NCBI GenBank assembly: GCA_002633005.1 | Contig: NMRA01000008.1 | Location: 1,724,879 to 1,788,878 of the forward strand | Source: Phoronis australis | Lineage: Eukaryota > Animalia > Phoronida | Length of the DNA stretch: 64,000 bases | Reading direction: 5' to 3' | Shown here: positions 1 to 11,200 of the stretch, one piece after another | Layout of the letters: each line of letters opens with the position of its first letter | Position numbering within the stretch: the stretch's first letter is position 1 | Notes under the pieces: model-generated | Databases searched by the model: none | Seen by the model: the letters and a program-made list of their open reading frames with translations, nothing else | What the model was told of the DNA's origin: nothing | Position numbers and translations under genes: made by a program

Positions 1-114
1 TATTATGGCTGCCTGCGTCAGGGCGATGCGTCCAGGAAGTCTAAGAACAACGCCAATGTACGCAGAAGCATCAGCTGATTTTTGTATAGTGTCCATTAGC
101 CTAATAAGACATAC

Positions 115-153
115 CTTAGGAAATCTTGAAACATTTCGAGATATACGCAACAT
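115..153 (-). CDS. Putative first coding exon (MLRISRNVSRFPK) of a gene running off the left edge; resembles a mitochondrial presequence
   Basis: On the minus strand, ATG at 153-151 is preceded by an acceptor-like tatacttag (~168) and followed by the donor AAG|gtatgt at 114. The peptide is Arg/Ser-rich with no acidic residues. A strong upstream donor AAG|gtgagt at 1302 suggests a non-coding first exon. The product cannot be identified from 13 aa. Confidence 0.4.
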
Positions 154-394
154 GATTTGCGACGTCTAAGTATAGACCTAATGAAAGATTATCAGGTCCA
201 ACACTAAAACTCCCCGGCTCGGAGGTTTTCCGGTCGGCGACTTAGTAATCTACTTCCGAAAACAAGATAACTCAAACACTAGTTAGCGATCCTACCGGTC
301 CCGGCGTTCACTTTTCACAAAGCCGCTGAGACGAATCTCTGCAGAGGTTATCGTTTTTTGCATAGAAGGTCTAGAGTTTTATCGTTTACATTGA

Positions 395-495
395 GCGAGA
401 GATGGAAGGAATGAGAGAAGGGAGGGAGGGGTTGAGGGAGGGCGGGGTTGAGGGAGGGAGGGAAGAAGGGGTCGAGCGAAGGAGGCCGGGAGGGA
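395..495. repeat. Purine-rich (GA/GGGA) low-complexity tract, G-quadruplex/triplex capable
   Basis: Runs such as gggagggaggggttgagggagggcggggttgagggagggaggg are directly visible. Confidence 0.7.
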
Positions 496-563
496 GTCCA
501 TGAGCCTGGTCTAAGTGCCAAAATTGTAAAACAACCCATAGGTGACTTTAGGGGGACCAGTAC

Positions 564-989
564 TCGGTTGCATGAAACAGTCCCAAATAGGGACTCAACT
601 AAAATCACTAAATTTACTGCCTATTTGTGGACTTGCGAAAACATTGATTGCCCTTTCTTGTATTGTTTTTGTTTCATTACTAAGTCAACTTTTGGCTTTG
701 ATACAAATGGAGAGTCATAACGGTGAACTCTACGTTGAATTGTCAATATTATCCAATAAGTAGGGATGAGTCATTTCATATGCAACACCCCCAATTCTAG
801 GACTGAGTCCCTATTTTGTAATGAACTCAGGGCTCAGTTTGCCATTAATCAAAGAGGAGCTCAAAATAAAGATGACGGAAATGATAGAAAATATTGCATA
901 TGACGTGAGTACATCAAGACAAAAATACGCAAACAAATTTAGCCTGGACCTTAGTTGAGTCCTTATTTGGGACTGTTTCATGCAACCGA
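564..989. mobile_element. MITE (non-autonomous DNA transposon) with ~39-bp terminal inverted repeats
   Basis: tcggttgcatgaaacagtcccaaatagggactcaactaa (564-602) is the near-perfect reverse complement of ttagttgagtccttatttgggactgtttcatgcaaccga (951-989). No coding capacity. Confidence 0.75.
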
Positions 990-1365
990 CCACAGGACCC
1001 TCCCCTTGGCGGCCGCAGAAAAAACTAAAACGACAGAGCGTGACGAAATATTGAGTTTATTAATTAACCCCGGTAATTAACATTATATTTGTGAAACAAG
1101 ATTTGACAATGTGAGGAGTTTTACGGTTTGTGTACGTATTGGACAAAGTGAAATTTAACCAGTGTATTCTAGCTGGGTGAAACTATTGCAGTAGGCGGCA
1201 GGCACCTTCCCACCACGCACGAGTTCATAGTTTCAAGACTCTTGTATCAACAAGACACTCTAGTCAAAAACCATGACATCTTAGTAGGGAGGGCGCACTC
1301 ACCTTCCTGAGTGGCTTTGATTTACCTCAATGCGGGCACCCAGGATTTAATAGGTCTGTGAACTG

Positions 1366-1377
1366 TGCGCCTGCGCC
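1366..1377. promoter_or_regulatory. NRF1-like site (TGCGCCTGCGCC) next to the putative non-coding first exon of the left-edge gene
   Basis: Close to the NRF1 consensus TGCGCATGCGCA and about 60 bp from the minus-strand donor at 1302. A CRE palindrome TGACGTCA is at 1782-1789. Confidence 0.35.
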
Positions 1378-3382
1378 CTTTTAGTGGACTCGTTGTTTCT
1401 TTGAGGCGGATCTATTATCCACTTCGCCTAATGGGGGGTTCGGCTTAACCATGTGGACACTGAGGTAAATATTCACTATCAAGTTTTATTCAGTAAAATT
1501 TCATATTTGAATAAAGAATGTACTCGCGGCAAAATCGTTTTATGTGTATAGACCATCCTGAGTAGCTAACTGTTCTGCTTGGGACGGTTAACATTCCTAA
1601 ACAACGCGAAAGTCTTAGTTCGGAGGCAACTGTCTTGCCATGCCCATATGGCATTGACTAAGATTAGCCTAACGAACCGAGTTCGTTGTTCTGGGCCCAG
1701 TCGCATATAAGCCATACGCCGTACGTATAGCAACAATGACGTCGCATTATCACGCGTCACGTTGTTATTGAACAATGCACCTGACGTCATGCAACAAGCA
1801 ATCTTNCAAGCTTTTCTTCGTACTTCTTTCAAAAACCATGAATTGGGTCATTTTTTCTGGAAATTCCTTCTCAGGGGGAAGTGAATAACTTTTTAGTAAA
1901 GGTTGAAGGAAGGTACCTTGGTTAGGGATCGTTTAAAACGTATTTTTCACGAGTTTTCGCGGTCCATGCCACTTTAAATTCACTAGGTGGCGCAAGTGTG
2001 ACAACGATTTTGTCTGTAAGTATTCCAGGCGTTAGTCTTCTAGGACCGTGAATTCAAATGCCGTCACGGTGATGAACTACTTTTTGCTCTTAAGTGAAGA
2101 ATAACGTTAATCCCATAGCGCCACCTGGCGAATAAGACATGAGTCTCTCTTTAAGCTCCCTTTCAACAAAATGCACAACACATTTTGTGCTTTTAATTTA
2201 CTTTTTATCGCAAATGAGACGAAGAAAAGAAAATCTGAGTACACTCAAGGTCAAGTAGGACCCTTTAATAACTTCAGAACATCATAACTCAAGAAGTGGT
2301 TGATTCATTCATATGAAACTTTCACATACTGTGGTTTGTGCACTGTTCTCGAAAACAGTGTTTTCTTAATAATTGATATTAAAATGTTCCACTTTTAGCA
2401 GGAGGTATAGAAAAATATGATTTTGTGAAAAAATAAAAGTTGGAAAGAACAATTTAAAAAAACTAAAAGAGTTTTGAGATTTCACCTCAAACATTTATAT
2501 CAAATGAAATTTGGTCAACTGATACCATTGCCTTGCTAATGAATCTTTCTTTTTAGCTATTAGCAAATTTTTCTAAGATATGGTCTTGAGACTCAGTTAA
2601 TACCAGTTTGGTATAAATGTAAAAATCAAAGTCGGCAAGCTTGTCAAGGTTATGCATAATCTTAAAAAGTTTGTTTTTAACTTTTCTCCCATTCTCAACT
2701 GCAGAATCAAAGCTTACTCTGAAATAAAATTTAAACATGGAGTATTTATCAAACAACTAGTCTTGTTTATGCAGTCTTCATACGGATTCTATCCTGATAA
2801 TGAAGACCATTTTCTCAGCGTTGTATATCTACTTGTGAAAATACTTACCTTCCACATAACCGCACTTCCAGAATGAAAATGAATTTCAGACGATGACACA
2901 AGAACTCTGCTTTCTTCAGGAATATGAAAACGTCCAACATTTGCTCATATTTAGGCCAAAATTTTCTTTATTCATTGAGAATATGTAGAAACTAATCACA
3001 CATCAAACTCACAATGTCCAACACAAGCCCTGGGGTTACTTCCACTGACAAGATACTCAGTAATGTCCTGCACTGTAAACTCCAAACAATACATGAGGAG
3101 ACCACTCTGTATACCCAGAATCTAGACAGAAAAGCAAGACTTCTCAAAATCACCCAAGTGAATAGCGAGTGTTTTGTGACTATGCCTGGTGCATACCAGC
3201 CTATCCTAGCAAAATGGCAGCCACTGACGTGACTGGTTGGCGAGGTTGGAGTGTTGACTTGTAGGATTGAATTCACTACTTCCATTCCATAAGGGAAGAT
3301 TTTTCACTGTGAGTGCAAATGTCATGAAAGTTGGTTACCCAATATTAATTGAAAGCGACTGAAAAGGCAATGACTATATTCT

Positions 3383-6300
3383 TTACGGTAGAAATGGAGG
3401 GGGCTTGTACCAGTATTGTGACAATGCATACCTCTCCTGATAAGGTTCATACGGGTCGTCAACATAAAATTTTTTATCCTTCCAATAACCTTCAGTCATT
3501 TTATCAAGCAGCTTACTCTGCTGCTTGTTTAAAAACACATGTTGTCTCAAGCGATATTTTCTTTCACTGCTTTTCTTCCATAGTTTCTTACTGCGCCCCG
3601 CTCTTGGGCGGATCCATAAACCAGAGTTTAAGCGCATGAATCTTTCGGTGACGGCTTTCACTGACTTTGGTTTTCCTTTATGCCGGGAAAAATAGATTTT
3701 GTTCCTTCGAGCTTCAACAACAGTTGGATCAACAGACAACAGTGATCTGAAAGCAAAAAGGTAGGCTATAAACCTCCTGGCTACCACAGATTTTACCATC
3801 AAAAGCTAGTCACTAAGGCTGCAGAGACACAGGATGCTCAATAGCCACTACCGGGATTTTCCGTAGATAAGCCCACCCGATGAACGCCCATGGGCGTTTA
3901 TTCGGAAGTGTTACAACTTCTGGTATCAAGTGTCCACTCAGATAGTGGGGCATTTATTCCGAAAATAATAATTCCGTTAAAAGCCCACTTAGCATCAATT
4001 TTTAGTCACAAATTCAGTTTTGTGGAGCATTTATCATTCATAAAAACGAAAAAATGTTGGCAGACTATGTATCTATTAACTTAAAATTAAAAAACACAGT
4101 TTTATGCAAAAAATATCATATCAGCCGAGGCTATGACTTTCCGTTTTCGGAACACATGCCCGGGCGTTTGTTTGGTGTTACTGAAATGCCCGAAAATTTT
4201 CATTTACCAAATACACGCTCATGGGCTTATTTACTGAAAACCCCAGTAGGTGGCTCTGCTGGAGTAAGGGTCTTCAATTGTCAATAAGAATACAGTGAGA
4301 ACAAACAGCAGTTTAAAAGATGACAGAAATAATTATTTTATCAATAAGTGACATTTAATCATTGTAGCATGCATGTATTAGTGTTTTCAAATTGTAAATG
4401 TTTCAAAGGTAAGTGGTACTACTTAAGGTTAAGAGTAGCCCTGCATTTGAAATGCCACCTTTATCTCGAAATATGTAAGTCAGTGTCAACACATAAACGC
4501 GAGTACTTTCTGTAACCAAGAGTTGAGGCAAATCTATTCATGTCCTTCAAAGCACTGCCATTCCAATGCTTTTTTGGTAAAAGCGATGTTTTCGAAAGGT
4601 ACCTTGACAGGAGAAAAGTCCTTTCATCAGCTTTCATCAATTTTTGTGAAACTTTGACAAAATGCTTAAAAACACACGTCAAGGATTTTCTACAAGTTGA
4701 AGTGATTCTTTTGATCTCAAAAATTCAGTGAAGCACTTTTCTAAGAATAATGCGACTTGACTTCAAATAAAATATAAAAAAAACTTTGGAAGTTCTAATT
4801 AAAAATATGAGACGTGCCGGAAGTTCCGACTCTTGACAGATGATGGCATCCACTCTCAAGCATACATGTGGGCGTATAAAAAAGTTGCCGCAATTCATGG
4901 ACAGATCCAAATTAGACCCATTCATAGATTTTGACCAAGGGAATATAATAATACAACCATATCCCTCTCAATGTACACTTTCTGATGGTCTGAGTCCACA
5001 CAAGACATAAAAAGCACACAAACCTGTCATTTAGACCACAACAGTCCTTCAGAGTACGCCCTCTGTCAGAATTTCCAGCTATCCATAAGGCTCTGCACCA
5101 CAAATGACGATTAAAGTGCAGGAACGTTGACACTTGTTTCCTTGCTATCTGACACAGTGCATCAGGGGCGGACATTTTCCAATTGGTGGCAGACGATAGA
5201 CTTGCAATGTGAGAGTTACCACCCAACTTCAAAAGGGGTTGAACAAAACCTGCAGTATAAAACAAAAACACATTTGTCATGTCCAAAATACTTGTTTCCC
5301 GTTGTATTTACACTACAAATTCATCTTCAATCACAAAAATCAACGTTTGATTTAAACCACTCAACTATTATGAAATTGGTCACCGTATTGTTCCTTAGTC
5401 AAATTTGAAAATATATCAAGACTTTGAAGGAACTGACAGTTTGTTGTCACTTGAGATCAGACATCACAAGTTGGATTGTCATGGCCTGTCATTTTATATG
5501 CCAGGCTTGGTCTCAACAAAAAAACAAAGTTTAGATACCATTGCTGAAAAAAAAATGTTGTTCTACCATCATTATGCGGATAAATTTGTGGGGCGATAAG
5601 ATGGGTCAGCTTCCGCTGCCATGAAATAGAGCATCAATTGTTGATCAATCCTTTCTTTGCAGATTCTTTGATCAACTGTCCTACTTCCACATGGATGTGT
5701 CTATGTTACAACAAATTGTTGTAATTGGTTTCACTTCACTGTAAGCTTTAGTATTTTAACATGAGCAAAACCGAATGTCTGAGTAAATTTGGTTCAGCGA
5801 AGCAATCATCTTCTCCCAAAAGACATCGCAAAAATTAGCAAATGACACATGTCAAGAGCGCACTGTTCTCAAGTTGACGACAGACTTTTTCGTGTTACAA
5901 GAACCGGAGAATTGTGAAAGAAAATGACATTTATTAGATCGTTGTTCCGTAAATGGGCGTTATGGGTAAGCTGGGTGCCAATTGACTCCCAGATTTTCAT
6001 TTTGCATGCATCTCAGAAAGTCATTAGCTCTACATATTGAAATAAGTTTCACAGAGAGTTGACGAGCAAAAGTACCCGGGCAGTGTGAAATTTCAAGGTC
6101 TATGTGAATTTAACACACAGCAGTTCCTAGCTGTATTTTGACCTAAATGTTCATTCAGGTAGCAGGCTGGCTAAGTCAAATAAAGCCTCTCCAATTTGCT
6201 TGTCAATAAGTAATTGACTATTGACCAATCGGTTTGAACATTTGACTCGCAGCCGCACATTGATGATTCCGAGTTCAAATCTTGAGGAGTTTTTTTTTTT

Positions 6301-7035
6301 GGCAATGCTGGATTCACTTACAGGACCAGATGACCCGTACTTTGAGAACCGATTTTCTTGAATAACGGCACCAGTGCTAGTGTCGGTCAGTATTAGCAAA
6401 CCCCGAGACAATACCATTGTCTCCCACTGGCCATGCCATAGGCCTTCCATATGCTGCAAGGTTTTTGGCGCATTATTTATGCCTCACACTGATTAAACCA
6501 TCAAAGCCATGATGTTATAAGTAACTTTTATGCATACAAAGGCACCTTAGGAGGCCATTTAGGTATTCCCAGCTCGAACAAATACCCCCGCAATCAAACT
6601 GGAGGGAGCAATGCTGATTTGGGAAAGTGAAAAAAGGTTGAGTTAAAAAATGTTTGAACGGGAGTATTTGTTGGAGCTGGGAAGAGTTAAAAGACATATA
6701 ACCTTCTTCCTGGCTAAAATCAGTGTCCTATATGCACAAATGGTACTTATAGATACACATGAGGCATAATTCGCCGAAATGATTCCGGCATATAGAGGGC
6801 CTATGTTATGGCTACAGTCTCATGTATGGGCCTGGGGCTGGCGGTGCCGTCGCCGGTAGTGTGGTACTGTCGCCTTGGCCGAGCGACTGATATCAATAAG
6901 TTAACGTCGTCTAAGACGAACCTGACGCAAATCGTCGCACTAGAGTAGCCATTATTTCCACTTGAGGCAAAACTTTAAAATTTAGTCTTCGCAGCTCCGC
7001 AATAATGGCGCAATTTCACCGCCAATTCTCAGCAT
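3383..7035 (-). CDS. MRPL35: Mitochondrial large-subunit ribosomal protein L35 (bL35m), ~201 aa
   Basis: Exons 7035-7020 (tentative, MLRIG, phase 1), 5249-5024 and 3746-3383; phases are consistent. The last exon encodes YFSRHKGKPKSVKAVTERFMRLNSGLWIRPRAGRSKKLWKKS...LRQHVFLNKQQSKLLDKM...YVDDPYEPY, the bL35m signature. AATAAA on the minus strand at 2972-2967. The start exon is uncertain. Confidence 0.9.
3851..4246. mobile_element. Tc1/mariner (pogo/Tigger-like) MITE in an MRPL35 intron
   Basis: TA|ccgggattttccgtagataagcccac at the left end and atgggcttatttactgaaaaccccag|TA at the right: imperfect TIRs flanked by TA duplications. Confidence 0.6.
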
Positions 7036-7188
7036 TCCATCATTTCTTCCACACTTGCTTAACGAACAACGAGGCCACCTAGTGTTGGGTAGGGTAAGTA
7101 CTTGATTTCCGTTTCCGCCTTTAGGCATACCGTTTTGCCTAGTGACAGTTTTGGAAACCAAAGAAATACCTCGGTAAACCACTGACAG
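7036..7188. promoter_or_regulatory. Candidate compact bidirectional promoter MRPL35/MAP9, with a MAP9 non-coding exon ending at 7188
   Basis: CpG-richer patch. Tandem ETS/GABP-like cores (tttccgtttccgcc, 7106-7119), an X-box-like TTTGCCTAGTGAC (7134-7146) and a plus-strand donor cag|gtagcg at 7189. Confidence 0.5.
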
Positions 7189-8219
7189 GTAGCGATCTCC
7201 ATTTCTTGCAAATGTTTAATTCTTCCATGTTACGTTTCTATCAGTGGTCTTCTGTCAACGAAACGAAACCGTGTGCTTTTGGGTAAAATCACAGATGATT
7301 GATGGACTTGTAACTCAAAAAAAGCGACTGAGTGAATGTTACTCGTTAGTCACTTTTACTATAGTTTTAAGAAATGTGCGTGGCTATGCTGTAGGCGTGT
7401 AGGCCTACTGACTACTGTGTTACTGTGTCATGTGTGCATGTACAGTTGAATGAAAATCTCCAATTCAGACGTCAGTATTTCCCTGCTTGTTTGCCATCAA
7501 ATTTCCGCTATCCGTTCTTCATGGATATGAAAAATTTCACTTCACATCTCGTTTTGCAAAAATTGCCGTTTATCATGACTATGTCCCTTTATTTCTATGT
7601 ACAGAGATGCTTGTTAATAATTAGACAATTCTCAACAGATTTTGTGGTCTTTATCATACTGAATACCAAAAGATTAAAATTTCATTTAAGAGTTTCAAGA
7701 GTTTCAATGTAACTATTAATTTCATAAGTGCTCCTCCATCCAAAGAAGACTTTTCACCAAAACTTATGGTCTCAACAGAAAGTTGACTGCCATTTAAAGC
7801 ATGATTATCAGCACATTACCTCTGTATATATTCTGGGTTTTGTAGTGAGTGTAACTAATTGCTTCCAATGTCAAAGAAGAGAAACCAAAAACCTTTTCGG
7901 TATTATTGGACATGCAGTTGTAGTTAAAGAATTGTCGCGTTGTGGGACCCAGTTTTTCTCCGCTTATTAACAGGCAGGAAACTCGTTCTCAAAATCTGGG
8001 ATCCCTGTAAGTGTTTACTGCCAGACATATATGTACATCAGACGATTATAAATACTAAAATTCTTATCACAGTTAGTCAACTTTATAATTTTTGTGGCAT
8101 CCTACATTACCTAAGAAATTTTTGGAAAAATGAGACTTTCAAATTTCCGCAACATCGTTTTATCTCCCTCTAGTTATTCATCCTTGCCTTTTCAGACCAT
8201 CAGAAATGAAAGTGTAAAA

Positions 8220-11200
8220 ATGGAGAGGAGTTCTTTCAAAACGAAGCCCAAAACCTCGTTTCAAGAGGAGCTGGCGGCTACAATGAAAGATCGGCGAGCC
8301 AGGGGACTCACTGCAGATATAACCCCTAGTCCCAGTGTCCATGATGATAATGACAGTGATGACTTGGGCAGTGATGATGGTTAGTGGTGTATTCGTAGTT
8401 AGCCAGTTGTTGCGTCTTGCAGTAACACGCAGTCACTAAAATATGTTATGTTACAATGTACTTTTTTCACTATAACATGTAATAAATTTTCTGGTTTTAA
8501 ACTTCTGAAGTGAATTCTTAGCATAAATTATATTCGTTTTTTGAGCTTTGTAAGTTTTTGACGTTTAAATCCTTTGATTTGTTTTAGAACTTCTTGCACA
8601 ATTTGGTTTGACATCGAAGACACCAGAGAAAAGGAAACCAGAAAAACCGACTGGGAAGTCATCTGAGGTGGAGGATATTATATTTGGTAGAAAAAACCTC
8701 AACAAGGATGACAAGAATGAAAGGAATGGAAAGTCATCACCGTATGTATACGTTCAAAAAGTTTTCCGTGTGGGAAACTGATCTAAATGCTTCATGTTGA
8801 AATACGCGTTGTCACTAGATGGTGCTTGTGTAGTTGGTGGTCAGCGTTCTGCTGGCCGGCAATGCAAGTGGGATATTTCTCAGTGTTTTTCACAAATTCT
8901 TTGCAACCATCATGTGGCCAAATTGCCACTGTTGTGGGGTGGGGTATTCAAACTATTCATGCAAGGTCTCAAATGTCCATGAACAAAAGAAATTGCTTTT
9001 CGTTCATGTCTTGATGTTATTGAAATTATTGATATCATATCTTGATTCATGGTAGATTAATAAATAAGTTATTAATAATTGTCATAACTAAGAATAGGAT
9101 TTATAATGTGTTGGTAACTTGTGTCGATTGCAAGTTAAATCCACATGCATTGCCAATTTTCATAACCACTGAAAAGTTCTGGAGATCACTTAACATTAAA
9201 GTTTTTAATATTAGGAGTTGATAATAGTCACTTACAGGTGTGCCACTCATGTAAGTAAGTTTATACAAATTTTCCAGAAGAAAGTGATGTAAATCAACTC
9301 TTTATTTCTTTGACATATTGCGGGTTTAAGACACTTTTAAAATTTCATGTCTGGTCTCATTTAGAAGTCCTTTTGGTCAGCAGACGTGGAAAGCTCCTGC
9401 CATGCAGAATTCAAATATGCCTTCTTTGAGACGGACTCCTGTTGATGATACATCAGACAAAGACGATTCTCCCAGGTAAGAGCTTGAAATCATATGTTAC
9501 TCAGCCGTATCGTCACTGTTGTGCTTGTAAAAATTATTTTTAGTTCTCTGACAAAAGGTATTTGAAAAGCTAGAAGACAATAATTTTTAAATGAACTTTA
9601 TTATGGAAATCAACAATTGGAGTTAAGCCCTGATTGAGGATCGTTAATAGTGGTGTGAACTAGGATTGCAACGATACCAGGGTTTGTTGTTGACATTGTC
9701 ACTAAAGAAAAACATTGAACTGAAATTGATTCCAAGACAGTAAAGGTTATTCTATGGTTTTGAAAATTCACATTCAAAGAGGTAATGTTTCTTTGGATAC
9801 ATGCAAACCTTTGTCTTATGTAGTTGCTTAACAATGTTCAAAAGTCATATAAACTGGTCAAAGTCGTCTCAGCGGCATATAAACCTTTATTTGTAGCATA
9901 GGGCAGTAGTGATATTTGTTGTTCATTAGCGAAAGAAAACCTCTGATTTTTAATCCATTGTCATTGCTTTTCATTGCAAACAGTGTTGCTAGTACTCAGA
10001 TTGGAAACGGTTTCCGATTAATTGATTCTGAAAAAATCGGATTTCCACCACTAATTGTCTATTAAAACAATTTAGTGGTTTAGTTATAATGAGAAGTGGA
10101 TACATAGTATTCCCGAATAAGGATGGGTTTGAAGCTGTATTAAATCGGCTTCTTCTGTCAAAAACCAAATTTTGATTGAGGTCATTTACTGTTATGAAAT
10201 TTGATCTCACCTTGTTCATTGCTTAGCTTTGAAATGGTTTCTAGGCTTGAGAGGAACTGACACGTTTTTATTGCTTTAGATCAGTCACAAGGGATTAGTT
10301 TCAGTTGCCTATGCAATACAACTGGCTGGGAAATTTTAGGCCAACCAATTTCAATTCAAGAAAAGAGACGTATAAATGCAATGACATTGCATTGGAAGAA
10401 AGGTGACCTTATTAACACCAGAACTTGATTTTATTGGGTCTTTAAATTAAACTAACTACTCAGATTGAATTGCTTTCTTTTTTTGGCAGGCCAAAGCCTC
10501 GATCATTCAATAGAGCTCCGTCAAAAGATGAATATGGTAAAGGAGATATGAGCTCTCTGCCTGATGGTGCTGACAACAAGTCACGATCGAAGACACCAGA
10601 CAACAAGTCACGGTCGAAGACACCGGAGATCAAGGCAGGATCAAAGACACCAGAGAACAAATCAGGATCAAAGACACCGGACAATAAATCACGTCCAAAG
10701 ACACCCATTGTTGACATTTTCAGCTCTGGCAGACGGTCATCTGTCCTTGACCGGGATGATGAAGAAGACGAGGATGACAAAAAAATCAAATCTAAAAGTT
10801 CACGTCCATCTAGTCGGGTAGACTCCACATCAAGGTCGAGTACACCAAAAGTGGACAGCGACCGAGCAATAAACTCCAAATCCCCCTCTGGAAGAAAGTC
10901 GTCAGTGATAGATGTCATCGAACAAAGTACGAGGGTGAAACCAGGAAGATCGACTCCTAAATCGTTAATGGATGACCACGAGGAAACCGGTCGGTTTGGG
11001 TCTTCATCTAAAACACGGAAGTCTCCAAGAGCGACTCCGAAATCATTTAGGGATGACGATGAGGAGGGCGGTTTGCTTGAATCTTCACCTAAAATGCAGA
11101 GGTCTGCAAGATTGACTCCTAAGTCATTTGATGAGGATCATTTGGAAAGTGGTTCGTACGCCCCTACACCTAAAACGCGGAAATCTCCAAATCTTTCATT

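Noticed and set aside
1820-1980. Kolobok-like transposon end (…ccactttaa) and other ttaaag/ctttaa ends
   Set aside because: I could not identify matching partner termini by eye.
5572-5622. Minus-strand ATGGCAGCG as MRPL35 start
   Set aside because: Reaches TAA after 16 codons with no GT donor; contains acidic residues, unlike a presequence.
10460-10918. 152-aa minus-strand ORF
   Set aside because: Antisense shadow of the repetitive MAP9 exon; no splice or homology support.
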